From contig NC_073385.1 in the NCBI RefSeq assembly GCF_028641065.1, positions 23,374,001 to 23,438,000 of the forward strand: a stretch of DNA of 64,000 nt, read 5' to 3'. Position numbers and translations under genes: made by a program. The notes under the pieces were generated by a model. It did no database searches and was not told the DNA's origin. It saw only the letters and a program-made list of their open reading frames with translations. Below are positions 53,363 to 64,000 of the stretch, one piece after another (position 1 is the stretch's first letter; each line of letters starts with the position of its first letter). The stretch comes from Leucoraja erinacea (Eukaryota).

Positions 53363-54597
53363 ACGTGTATCTTGAAATTGATTGCTTGTTTGCAGATACT
53401 AGAAGGTAGTGGGACCAGTAGAGAAGATTGTTAAGTAGTCACTCAAGATACTCTAGTGACTGGGCATTGAATTTAAGAGCGTGTATAAGAACTATATAAG
53501 ATACTGTTTAGATACAGCGAGGAAGGCATACAATACTAGTCGGCATGTGGTCTAATCAAGGGTTGTTTTCTTTGGAGCAAGAGAGGCTGGGGAGTGTTAA
53601 TTGAGGTGTAGAGAGTTTTGTGAAGCTGTTTACAAACAACCTATTTACCTTGGATTTGATATCAATATGAGGAGACCTTGATTAAGGTGGCAAGGAAAAT
53701 GGTTTTGTTCAGTGGTAGATGTCTGAAACTCTGCCTGAAAGAGTAGTGGAGACTTCAACTCGTACAGATGCATTTCAAAAATATCCAAATAAGCCTTTGA
53801 CATGTTGTACCTTGATGAGGCTACAGACCTGTGAGCTGACTTTTTTTTTAATCAGGAGAAACCTAACGTGCTTAAATGGAAGCCTCCTCAGTTGCAACGT
53901 CCTCGGATTCGAGAAAGTGCCCGACTTCATCAGTGAATATTTAATGAGCAGTGTCAGGTAGATGAAATGGAAGACTGGAAAGTCAATTTACAAACAGTAA
54001 TGTATACCGAGAATATTAATAAAGACTTGGAACTTATCCTTTTGCATGCAATTTTCCTGTTGCAGTCTCCTGTTTAGGTCTGTATTGTTTGGAGGAATGA
54101 GGGGTGAACATTCAAACACAAGATCCTAAGGTGGCTAAGCAATGTTGATGTTGGGTTATTTTCATTGACAAGCGGAGAGACGTGAATAGTTACAAAATAA
54201 GCGACCACTTATTTAAAATTAAGCTGAATAGGAATTTCTTCTCTCAAAGGCCAGTGAATCTCAGAAATGTTCTGCCCCAGAGAGTGTTAAAGGATAGGAC
54301 GTTTAAATGATCTTTAAGGTGGAGATGTAAAATAATTGAAAGATGAAGGAATTTAGGTATGTGGGAAACAGACACAGGAATGGAACCAAGGCCTGTATAA
54401 ATAAGCCATGATTCCTTTGAAGCAGATAGGTCCTGGTGGCCTACTCCTGCTCTTTATTTTCTGGTGTTCTTGTATCGTTTGTACATCGTTTCTGAATGCT
54501 ATTTCTTGGTTGAGAATTCTGAGCAATTTAGATGCAAGTACATTCTTTTGATTTTAACTTAATTGGAAAGATAATAAGTCAAATAAATTTATCAATG

Positions 54598-54866
54598 GGC
54601 AGTACAGTGGTGCAGCTGGTAGAGCTATTGGCTCGCAGTGCCAAAGACCTGGTTTAATCTTGACCTCGGGTGCTGTGTGTGTAGTTTGCATGTTCTCCTT
54701 GTGACTGAGTTTCCTCTGGATACTCCAGTTTCTTCCCACATCCCAAAGTGTGAGTTTGTAGGGTGATTGGCCTCTGTAAATGTCCCCCTAGCTTGTAGCA
54801 ATGGGAATTGAATGGAGCTATTGTGAATATGTGATCGATGGTTGACGTGGGCTCAGTGGGCTGTTT
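54598..54866 (+). mobile_element. Degraded V-SINE
   Basis: GTGGTGCAGCTGG A box and V-domain. Confidence 0.75.
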
Positions 54867-55469
54867 CTATTTGATTTTATTTCATTTTTTTTGGGTCTAA
54901 CTCAATGGACAAATGAGTATGAACTTGTTTGCCTGCCACCAGTGTTTGTGGCTGCATTTCTTGTTTATTATTTTAAAGTTGTATGCAATTTGATTGTACC
55001 ATTTTTAGCTTTTGTAGCTCCGTTAAATCAGAAATAAGAGATCATTAATATTTTATTGTAGATTTAGTGCCGTTAAACAAAAAGTAATTGATGCTCAAGT
55101 TTGTTTAACTATGTGTCATCTTTGCATTTCAACTGATAACATTTTTGTTCTAAGGGTATTCATCAGTTATTTAAATGAACAAATTTGGGGTTGAATGGGT
55201 TGGAAATTATGTCATGCAGTGATAAAGATTAATTACAATTTCTGTTGGATACTGCCCTAGCAGAAATATTAATATGTTCAAAATATTTAAATGCCTTCAT
55301 TAAATGGCAGGCAGAAAGCAAGTTCAATGAATGTGCTGATAATTTCTATCATATTTTAGATTTAAGGCTTATTATAAAGTCTTCAAGTTCTGTGCAATTT
55401 GGGGTATTTGGGACACATTTACTATTGTGTATACTTCCCTTTGCAAATGTATCTTCAACTCCCTCACTG

Positions 55470-56270
55470 GCAGACCTGAATCAGTATGAATTGGCAACAA
55501 CACTTCCTCTTGGATGGCCATCAGCAACAAAAGCACCTCAAGGCTATGTGCTCAGTCTGCTGCTCTACTCTCTCTATTCCCACGACTATCTAGCCAGACA
55601 CTGCTCTAATGCTATCTTTAAATATGTCGATGGTACCATTGTTGTTTTGTTTGAATAATGAGTAACGATGAATAAAAGTACTACAGCGAGAATTGATTAT
55701 CTGATTGCTCCTTTGGCATCATTCAATCTGGCTCTCAACATAAGCAAGACCAAGAAGTTGATTGTTGACTTCTGGAAGGAAAAGCTGAGGATCAATGAAC
55801 CTATCTTCATAATGGGACGACGGTGGAGACAGTCAACAGCTTCCAGTTCCTGGGCATGCAAATCGCGAAGATCTGTCCTAGGCCTAGCATATTGATGCAA
55901 ATGCAAAGAAAGCACTTCAACACATCCACTTGAAGAGATCCAGCATGTTGCCGAATACTCTCTTGAACCTCCACAGGTGTATGGTAGAGAGCATAGTAAC
56001 ATTGCATCACAGCCTGGTTCGGTAAATTGGACACCCAGGTACCACGAAGGCTGCAGAAAGTAGTAGACATTGCCTGGTACATCATGGGAATTGACCTCCA
56101 TATTATTGAAGGGATCTTCAGGGGGTGTTGCCTGAAAAGCCAACTGATGTCCTCAAAGACTCTCACCACCCATCATGCTCTCATGCCGCTGCTACCATTG
56201 GGAAGAAGTTAGAGGAGCCTGAGAACTGTGACCGCCAGGTTCATGAGCTGGTTCCCAGCATTTTCCATTT
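55470..56270 (+). mobile_element. Degraded Rex1 LINE RT fragment
   Basis: APQGYVLSLLLYSLYSHD, KYVDGT and LALNISKTKKLIVDF motifs. Confidence 0.8.
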
Positions 56271-58187
56271 ATATACATGTATTTGCAGATTAGTAAATAA
56301 AGAATGCATGCACAGATAAATGCCAGATTGTACATTTTGATTGGAAGAATTTGGTAGATAAGGTAAAGAAGAATTCAAAAATTCTACAAGTATAATAAGG
56401 GTAAAAAATTGATTATAAACAGAATGGGGCCGATTAAGATCAGTAAGTTGTGCAGGCAGAGCAAATGGGTGACGTGCTAGATGCCAACATAGGACATAGA
56501 ACATCTACCAATGCAACTATCCTTTACAACTGCATGAGCAGTCCAGATTTAGATCTAAACTTAAATTTATGCTTTCCTGATTTAGATGTGTGGTATTTAA
56601 TTTTTTTTACGTTTACATGGTTTTAACAGTTTTTAAATATCTGTCAATCATTTTATCAGTAGTATGGCAATTTTGATGTTCCACCCCCATTCTCGCCTTC
56701 AATCAATGTCTGACAATGCTATTCTCCAACGCAGGCCTTGATTTCTCACCGCCCAAATTTGTGGTGATAAGGATCAATTTAATGGGCCCTCAGTATCTGT
56801 CCCAAGTAAGTTGTGGGCTACTGGGAAATGGATGCAGCAGGTCAGATATATCAAGAATAAATCCAATAACCTTGCAAAAAACGAATCTTGTGTTTTATTG
56901 TGGTGGCCTGGCATTGGAGTATGGGGATTATAGTACCATTGCTCCTGATGGAGGCAGTGTGTTAGTTATGTATTGCCTGCCAATTAACATGATTGGGGCA
57001 GATGTGCTGGTCTTGGCAGGGGGCCCAAATGAGAGCGGTCAGCATCACTAAATGCCAACCTGCTTCTGATTATCCTGCCACAAAAAGGCAGGTTAATTGC
57101 CAGAGGTGTACATTTTAAAGGGAATGTCCTTGTTGACGTGCAGATGATTTTCTGGGGGAGATTGCTCCTTGAACACTCTTGATGCTAGGGTAAGGGAGGT
57201 TGAATATAGCATCCAGATGGGGCTTGTTTTCCACTCCACCCATGTTTTTAATTATCAATACTCATTCTTCTGGTTATGTTTCATTCCTAATAGGATGGCT
57301 ATAAATCAGGAACTAGTTTGTTCAGAAGCTTTGAATGCAGCAAAAAGAATACTTCAGCACCTCCCTAAAACTTTATTGAACTTCAGAAAGTACCAAATAT
57401 TAGCAGAATCATAGCAACACTCAATATAAATCAATTAGCAACTAAACTGCAGGTAGTTGATCTCATTAAATAATGCAGGTAAGAATTATTTCTGCCAATT
57501 GACCACAAGTTTACTATTGTGATACCAGGCATTAGCTGGAATTCCCAGATAGTAGCACAAACATCATCATTAACATGAGCATGCAGAATGCATTTAAATC
57601 TCCCTACTCTGCATGTTTCTGAGAGTCCAAAGCAGAATATTGCATATGCTGAACATTTTTTTTTTTTTAAATCACTGGCAGGCAGCTTCTGTGGAGAAAG
57701 AAACCAAATCAGTGTTTTACATTGTTGGATATTTTCCAATTCTGTTGACTGATCAGTAACTTAATGTTAATTTAGTTTCTTCTCAATGTAATGTAGGGTC
57801 ACTTTGCCCTGCAAATGTTCACGTGCATATCACATGCTGTTTTATAACTGAATCATTGGTTCTAGCACCAACAACTTTGCATTGAGAGGTCATAATTTTG
57901 CACCCATATTACTGAAGAATACAATTTGGAAGCAGTGTACTAAATGGATTTATTAATGTCCCAGATAGTAATTTGTTAGCTGCCATTGAGAAGAAGAATT
58001 ATTTTGCTGAATTATTTAAATTTTATTACTAAGTAAATTTGAAAATCATGACTAATGCTGACTTTACAAAATCCTCGTACTGCCCACATGATTGAGGCTT
58101 ATTGAGTTAACAGCAGCAGCCATATCAGTGGCACCTCAACTGGCTCTGTCATATAGCAAGGAAGGTCAAAGTTTATGCAAGTGTTAG

Positions 58188-58337
58188 CAGGACTCGAAAT
58201 TAATGGTTGCCCGGGTGCCAATGGCTACCTAACGTCCCGCCGCCGGGCAACCTAAAAGTTGTGTCATTTTGCCCGGCTTGGCAAGCATCCGGGACACCAG
58301 CCGTTCAACTTTGAGCGGGCCACTCTCTCACTCTCTC

Positions 58338-58387
<50 letters not shown>

Positions 58388-58560
58388 TCTCTCCGCCCGC
58401 CATCCGTGTCCAGGCTGCCGGGTCTCCGCTCGCTCCTCATCCGCCAGCACGGCCGGCCGCCTTGCACATGCGCACTGCTACGGCCAGCACATCCTCCCCC
58501 TGCACATGCGCACAACACGGCCAGCACATCATCGGCCGCCCTGCACATGCACACTGCCAC
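58188..58560 (+). mobile_element. One end of a hAT-like transposon containing a (CT)n microsatellite (58324-58392)
   Basis: CAGGACTCGAAATT start and subterminal TTGCCCGG motifs; no partner TIR found. Confidence 0.5.
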
Positions 58561-58719
58561 GGCTGAGCCACCGGGAGATCAGGTTGGTTATTGCGAACCG
58601 AGTGGATGCGATCGCCAGGCCTGATCTTGGTCTCACCGAGGTTGATCATGCATTGAATTATCCAACCACATTTTTGTTTGGAAGTGGAAAGAAATAATAG
58701 AAATTGCATTCATTGCAAC

Positions 58720-58899
58720 TCATTGTAAAAAGAGTTGAGATTCTGTATTATAATTTTGCTGCATGTCATTGTGGTATATATCATGTCTTGATTGGTGAAT
58801 ATGAAAGAGTTGCCATTTGGATTTCAGTAGCTTCTTTCCCTCCTCCTGAAAATTTATTTGCATCTCACTCTTTCCCACTTCGGACAGAGGATAGCAGAC
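58720..58899 (-). pseudogene. Exon-like segment H, possibly terminal (VCYPLSEVGKSEMQINFQEEGKKLLKSKWQLFH...*)
   Basis: Acceptor ATTTTTTAG, then 59 open codons to TGA. Its phase does not match segment G without a frameshift. Confidence 0.25.
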
Positions 58900-59255
58900 C
58901 TAAAAAATTGACTTTTTACACAAATCCTGGCCGACCTGCGGAATTTTCACATCTTCTGTTTTAGTTTCAGAATACCAGAATAAGCAGTTCTTTTTTGATT
59001 GTCAGTAAATTTGGATCTAGATTTAGAATAATTGGAAATTTTGGAGGAAAGTATAGTGGAGATTTGAAACTTGCATCCCAAAAGCTTTATAGAGGCAAAA
59101 GTGTTCAATAATTTTTGAAGGGAACTCGGATGATCACTTCAAGTGCTGTAATTCACATTGCAACTGTCGGGTATGTAGGGGGAAAAACAAGCTGCTAAAT
59201 TTAGTGATCATAAAGTGTGAATTAACTTGGCTTCACGTGGGAAGTTTAAATCTTT

Positions 59256-59345
59256 CAAGTCAAGTCATATTTATTTATAGCACATTTAAAAAAAAAAACT
59301 CTCGTTGGCCAAAGTGCTTTACATTGGTATAAGAATGGTATAACA
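59256..59345 (-). mobile_element. L2-like LINE 3' end
   Basis: On the minus strand: GTAAAGCACTTTG...AAATGTGCTATAAATAAA followed by (GACTT)n. Confidence 0.65.
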
Positions 59346-59390
59346 AACAACAGTGCATCATTTTGTACATCTTCCTGTTACCATGCTCAC

Positions 59391-59585
59391 AATAAAGATA
59401 GACATTGAACAACTCGTGTATTTCTGACATTGACTATATTTCTAATGACATCTGATCTGTTATTTAGTTTGGCTCTGAATTGATGTTGAAATCTACTGCA
59501 ATAATATTTCAGACTGTTTCTCAGCCAAACAAACTTGCTGAAACAGTTCTTGTTATCCAATCTGTTCAACATGTGTGTTTTTTAG
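59391..59585 (-). pseudogene. Exon-like segment G (I*KTHMLNRLDNKNCFSKFVWLRNSLKYYCSRFQHQF...)
   Basis: Acceptor CATCTACAG. Phase-2 entry gives one stop and then about 63 open codons. Donor ATT|GTGAGC. Confidence 0.35.
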
Positions 59586-59806
59586 CTGTAGATGTGGTCA
59601 TTCCAAAAATTACAAAAGCTGACATTTTTTTGTGTCCTTGACACTTTTGAATCTCCATTAAGAAGATGCCACTTTATTTAAAAAAAGAAAAATAAATAGC
59701 AGAAATAAAGAAATTCTTGACACATATCAACTCCGACGCAAAAGCAAAGACAGTGGAGGAAATGACGTTTTGTTTGCAGCAAATCTGCCTATTTTAGCAA
59801 AATTAC

Positions 59807-59921
59807 ATGCTTCTTTTAAATTCAATAAACTGCCTGTCCCATTTTAGAAGAAGTACTATTTTGTTACCCTTGGAGATTCCAATGTTGTTGCATATCAGCT
59901 TCGAATTAGAATCAACCAAAA
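59807..59921 (-). pseudogene. Exon-like segment F (VLVDSNSKLICNNIGISKGNKIVLLLKWDRQFIEFKRS)
   Basis: Acceptor CATCTTTAG, donor CAT|GTAATT, open frame, phase 1-2. Confidence 0.4.
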
Positions 59922-60204
59922 CTAAAGATGCAATGTTTTGTTTAATGGTTGCCGATTGCCAAAAGTGAGAATTAGAACATTTTGGGGTTAATGTGGACTC
60001 AGTGGGCAAAAGGGCCAGCTTTCAAGTTGCATCTTTCAATTAATTCAGCTGTGCATTGTTTCATCCCTCCAGACATATCATTGGTTGGCTGTTCAAGTAC
60101 GCAGGATGCTGTAAATATGATATACCTTCAGAATTGTTTTGGTTTCAGCAATTTAGTAAAAGCATTAGAAACAAAAGAAGCATCACGCCAAAAGAAGCGT
60201 TCAC

Positions 60205-60274
60205 CTTGGTTTCAAGTTGTCAATGCTTTTATTTGTCTGGAGACTCTCTCAAATATGGCACAGGATCAACAATG
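60205..60274 (-). pseudogene. Exon-like segment E (HC*SCAIFERVSRQIKALTT*NQ)
   Basis: Acceptor TATTCTACAG, donor AAG|GTGAAC, phase 0-1. An alternative donor AAG|GTATAT ends the exon at 60126 in phase 2. Both stops are TGA, compatible with CGA decay. Confidence 0.45.
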
Positions 60275-60342
60275 CTGTAGAATAGTCCCATGTGATATTA
60301 TGAATGAATACACCCAAAAACAAGGTTTAATTTTCTTTAAGA

Positions 60343-60536
60343 GGGAACTGCAGATGCTGGAAAATCGAAGGTACACAAAAAAGTTGGAGAAACTCAGCGG
60401 GTGCACCAGCATCTATGGAGCGAAGGAAATAGGCAACGTTTCGGAAGAAGGGTTTTGGCCCGAAACGTTGTGTATTTCCTTTGCTCCATAGATGCTGCTG
60501 CACCCACTGAGTTTCTCCAGCTTTTTAGTGTACCTT
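60343..60536. mobile_element. Palindromic Penelope 3'-end derivative
   Basis: Inverted arms of about 77 bp (60368-60444 and 60460-60536) around a partial hammerhead core. Confidence 0.8.
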
Positions 60537-60549
60537 TAATTTTCTTTAC

Positions 60550-60731
60550 CTGATTGTAACTGAAAGACAGTTTTCTGGGATTGTTCGTGTTCCCAATCCA
60601 AGTGCCTTGCTGTATCCAGAGAATTTGAAGCATGAGGTTGTGTGTATATTTTTCCTCTGGGAAATCAGGATAATTTAAGACCCACATCATTTTAGTTAAC
60701 TAAAATTCAGTGCACCAACATTCAATTTCTT
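60550..60731 (-). pseudogene. Exon-like segment D (EEIECWCTEF*LTKMMWVLNYPDFPEEKYTHNLMLQILWIQQGTWIG...SYNQ)
   Basis: Acceptor TTTGTCCTTCCAAG, donor CAG|GTAAAG, 182 nt, phase 1-0, one TAG. Confidence 0.55.
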
Positions 60732-61026
60732 CTTGGAAGGACAAATTAACAAAATATACATGGATTATGGATTTCAAACTGGCGAAGCAGAATTATTATT
60801 TGAAAGTCCATATTAGAGATTTTGCATTCAACCTAAACAATGGAATGTTGATTCATTCATTTTTCTTGACTAAAATATATATTGCTAGACATCACTCGGT
60901 GTTTACTGACATTGGCAGAACTGGCTAGTGTTTACACATTTAAATACAATTTGAGGACTCCTTCAACAATGCAAATTCCTGATCTTTCTGGTGGAGCTTC
61001 ATCAGTGCTTAATGGTTGTGCTTTAC

Positions 61027-61108
61027 CACTGAACTTCGTGTGTCTAAAGGTGGAATTGGCATTTTCAGAAATTTCCCTGCATTTGTTCTGTGGGATCAGC
61101 TCTCGAAC
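61027..61108 (-). pseudogene. Exon-like segment C (VRELIPQNKCREISENANSTFRHTKFS)
   Basis: Polypyrimidine tract then CATAAG acceptor, donor GTG|GTAAAG, phase 0-1. An alternative phase-1 donor would end the exon at 60907. Confidence 0.45.
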
Positions 61109-61329
61109 CTTATGGGCATGGAATGACAATTGTACAGCAGCAAGAAAGAAATGTAATAATATTGAATTTAGTTAGATATTGTATCGGATATAAGTAAATT
61201 AGCTTGTGATGTTTACAAATGGTGTTCATTTAAAAAAGAAAATATTTTTTTTTTTTCTGACTGTCAGAAGCACTCAGAAGTTTGAAAATACGACATTTGT
61301 CAGGTGGCATAGGTAGAGGTTGGTTTTAC

Positions 61330-61491
61330 CATATTTCAAGGGTTCCTAGAGGAGTTTTGACCCACCCACGTATCAGTTGTGTCGTTCAAGGTCCTAGCAT
61401 TGCTCCTGGCCCCACTGCTTCATTCCAAGTAAGATTTGGCAAGAATGATCTTTCCGTTCAGGGGAGGTTCCACTTAGCACAATCCAAGAGA
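61330..61491 (-). pseudogene. Exon-like segment B (SLGLC*VEPPLNGKIILAKSYLE*...)
   Basis: Acceptor TATTGTCTACAG, donor ATG|GTAAAA, 162 nt, phase 0-0, three stops (TAA, TGA, TGA). Confidence 0.5.
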
Positions 61492-62367
61492 CTGTAGACA
61501 ATACAGATAACAAGCTGTTTACATTTCATCAATTAAACATCAAGTATGCAAGCAGTGTATTTTGGATCCTGATTATTATCACAAAAGGAAGTCTGCAGTT
61601 TGGATTATTTAAAATAAAAAAACATCTTTAAAAAATACTAGGATCAAAAACATCTTGGAGGAGAATCCTGCAGTGGAAGAGAGCAGAAAGAAAAATATTA
61701 GAAACATGTTTGATAAGTTGGGCTAAAATAAGCCTGTTAGATAAACATAGACTGATGAATTGCATCCTGTGGGAGATAACAGCCAAAGCCCTAGAGATAG
61801 GGGAGTTTTAACCAACATAAAACAGTCTGGCATAATGGCAAAATGTGAAAACATTAAAAAAAACAACACTTTTTTCTTTTAATTTAACATGGGGACACAT
61901 TTAAAAGAGACATGAAGTAATCAAATGGTGGGTGGGTAATGTAATACAAGGCTAAGCACCTCAGCTAAATCCTTAATTTTAAATTTAGTTTTGTCTGGGA
62001 AAGTCTAATTGGGTTTTGGAATTTGGGCAACCATGAGATCTTGCCTGCTAGTGTCCTATTGTTTTGCTTCACCAGCCCACTGCAATGAAATAATCAGCCC
62101 ATCACTCCATATTCCCCCCCCCCCCTTTTGTGTTGAGGTATTGAGGACTCGGGTAGTAGTATTGAGGACTCGGGTTATTGAACTTAAGGCCTTGGCCCTC
62201 TGGTCTTTTAATGGTTGTTAAATAACCACAATAGTCCTAGATATCTCAGATCAGAGATATTTAAAGACATTAAAATTGAATTAAATTTTTAGAATGGTTG
62301 ACATACAATTTATCAGTTGAACATGTCTTTAAATAAATGTAATTTCAAAATAATTGTGAAGGCTTAC

Positions 62368-62587
62368 TTTCCCCATCCAGTCTGTGAACTTGTTCAAATC
62401 TATGGGGTTGTGATTGATGCACTGGCCTGGTACAAAGTGTGTCCAGTGTTTGTGGGACTGAGCCACAATTTTGAACATGGTGCCGATTATATTGGTGGAA
62501 CAGAAAATGTGATGTACATTATGTATTTCTTCACAGTAATGTCCATTGTCAAATGGGCTATAATGTTGGAAATTGTGAAGTTGCTCA
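62368..62587 (-). pseudogene. Exon-like segment A of an unidentified antisense nested gene (EQLHNFQHYSPFDNGHYCEEIH...LNKFTDWMGK)
   Basis: Acceptor TTGTTCTTTCTTCTGAAG, 73 open codons, donor AAA|GTAAGC, phase 2-0. Confidence 0.55.
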
Positions 62588-62736
62588 CTTCAGAAGAAAG
62601 AACAATGAAGCACATTATCAGTTAACTGTGCAAAGACTGAAAAAAATGCAGCACAAAAGAATTCGGGGAACATTTTGCATGAAACACGATTCCGTCGTGT
62701 GTATTTAAGTACTGTGAAATGTGGAAATAAGTACTG

Positions 62737-63757
62737 CGGAAGTGGCGGAGCTGTTGAACAGCTGCGGCTCGCCTGCAGTCCGTCTGTTTTTACTTTTTGT
62801 TGTTTTTTGTTGTCTAGTTTTAGTTAAATTTTAGTTTATTAGGTGTGTTATGTGTGGGGGGGGGTGAAACATGTTTTCTTGTCTTCTTTCATGAGAATGC
62901 GACTATTTTTGTCGTATCCCCTTCTCTGCCTCCGTCTGTGCTGAGGCCTAATGGCGGAGCTGGCGGCCTCCAACTGCGACCGACCTCGAGGCTCCGGAAG
63001 CAGAGGCAGCCAGGACTACGCGAGGCTGGCCGAATTTGGAGCTGTGGCGGCGTTCCGGTGGCAGTGGCATGACTCAGCAGGTGGTGGCGACTCGGGGCTG
63101 AGACGGTGCTCAGGTGGTGGCGGCACGACTCGGGGCTGAGATGGTGCTCCGGTGGCGGTGGCACGACTCGGGGCTGAGACGGTGCTCCGGTGGCGGTGGC
63201 ACGACTCGGGGCTGAGGCGGTGCTCCGGTTAGTGACGGCATGACTCGGGGCAGAGGCGGCGTTCCGGTGGCTGAGGCGGTGTTCCGGCGGCAGTGACCTG
63301 AATCCGGGGCTCGGCCGCGGGCCAGTGGACGACATCGTCGGGAGCTCGCAGGTCACAGGATGGTGACCTGTTTTTACGGAGCTCCAGCGGCAACAGCTGT
63401 GTCCGTTGGACTGGAGGGCGGCATCTTCTGCAGCTTCGACCACCCCGGGCCGCGGAACTTAAACCGGCCCGTTCGCGGAGCTCGGTTGAGCCGCGGGACT
63501 GACTTACCATCGCCCAGTGGGGTAACAACATCGGAGGCCTGGATCACCTCAGCGCAGAGGGAGAATAAGGAGGGAAGAGATAGTGACTTTAAGACTTTTG
63601 CCTCCATCACAGTGAGGAGGTGCCTGGTGAACTCACTGTGGTGGATGTTAATTTGTGCTTATTGTGTGTTTTATTATTTATTATTATATGTATGACTGCA
63701 GGCAACAAAATTTTGTTCAGACCGAAAGGTCTGAATGGCAAATAAGGAATCTAATCT
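62737..63757 (+). mobile_element. GC-rich non-coding LINE-dependent element, apparently full length, with a 38-bp minisatellite (about 63046-63290)
   Basis: Shares its 3' half with 13272-13803; hairpin TTCAGACC-GAAA-GGTCTGAA at 63716-63735; (AATCT)n tail. Confidence 0.8.
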
Positions 63758-64000
63758 TATTTTGAATACAGTTCAGTGACAATCCTACATATTAGGCACA
63801 ATTATACTAAGTATAAGAGTGTAAGGTATTAGACCACACTAAGTCGGTACACGAGTCACCATTTTTTAGGCACCATCTTGTACCCTTCAAGTTTGAAATA
63901 AAAAATAAAATTAAAAAAATCTTAATTGTCCATAAAGGTTTAAAAAGGGGTCCAAGAGTAAATCTAGCAATTATAGACCTGTTCGTTTGACGTCAGTGGT

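Noticed and set aside
62317-62625. Plus-strand ORFs at 62317, 61282 and 59982 as possible RTN1 exons
   Set aside because: No reticulon similarity and no convincing plus-strand splice sites. They lie in codon register with the minus-strand exon-like segments and look like antisense shadows.
63780-64000. Possible L1/Tx1 3' end or an upstream exon of the hidden gene
   Set aside because: Truncated by the window edge, with no open frame or diagnostic motif I can support.

Overview
Vertebrate genomic DNA, probably a cartilaginous fish (skate or ray); this is inferred from the CR1, HE1/V-SINE and Penelope repeat content. The minus strand carries the first eight coding exons of LRRC9 (23703 down to 1125, continuing off the left edge), all with GT-AG sites and matching phases. 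A CpG-rich promoter candidate with an RFX X-box lies near 31.3 kb. The plus strand carries the probable first coding exon of RTN1 (39735-39957), head-to-head with LRRC9, and the rest of the window appears to be RTN1 intron 1. Introns are filled with CR1, Rex1/L2 and Penelope retroelements, V-SINEs, Helitrons, and hAT and Harbinger non-autonomous DNA transposons. There is one assembly gap (52576-52712). The main unexplained signal is a chain of 7-8 exon-like segments on the minus strand at 58720-62587, nested antisense in the RTN1 intron. Seven of them can be joined in matching phase; they encode a protein I do not recognise, with a few stop codons, so this is a candidate unannotated gene or pseudogene. 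A second signal is an X-box embedded in the RTN1 coding exon. Gene identities rest on remembered human protein sequences and synteny, not on database searches.
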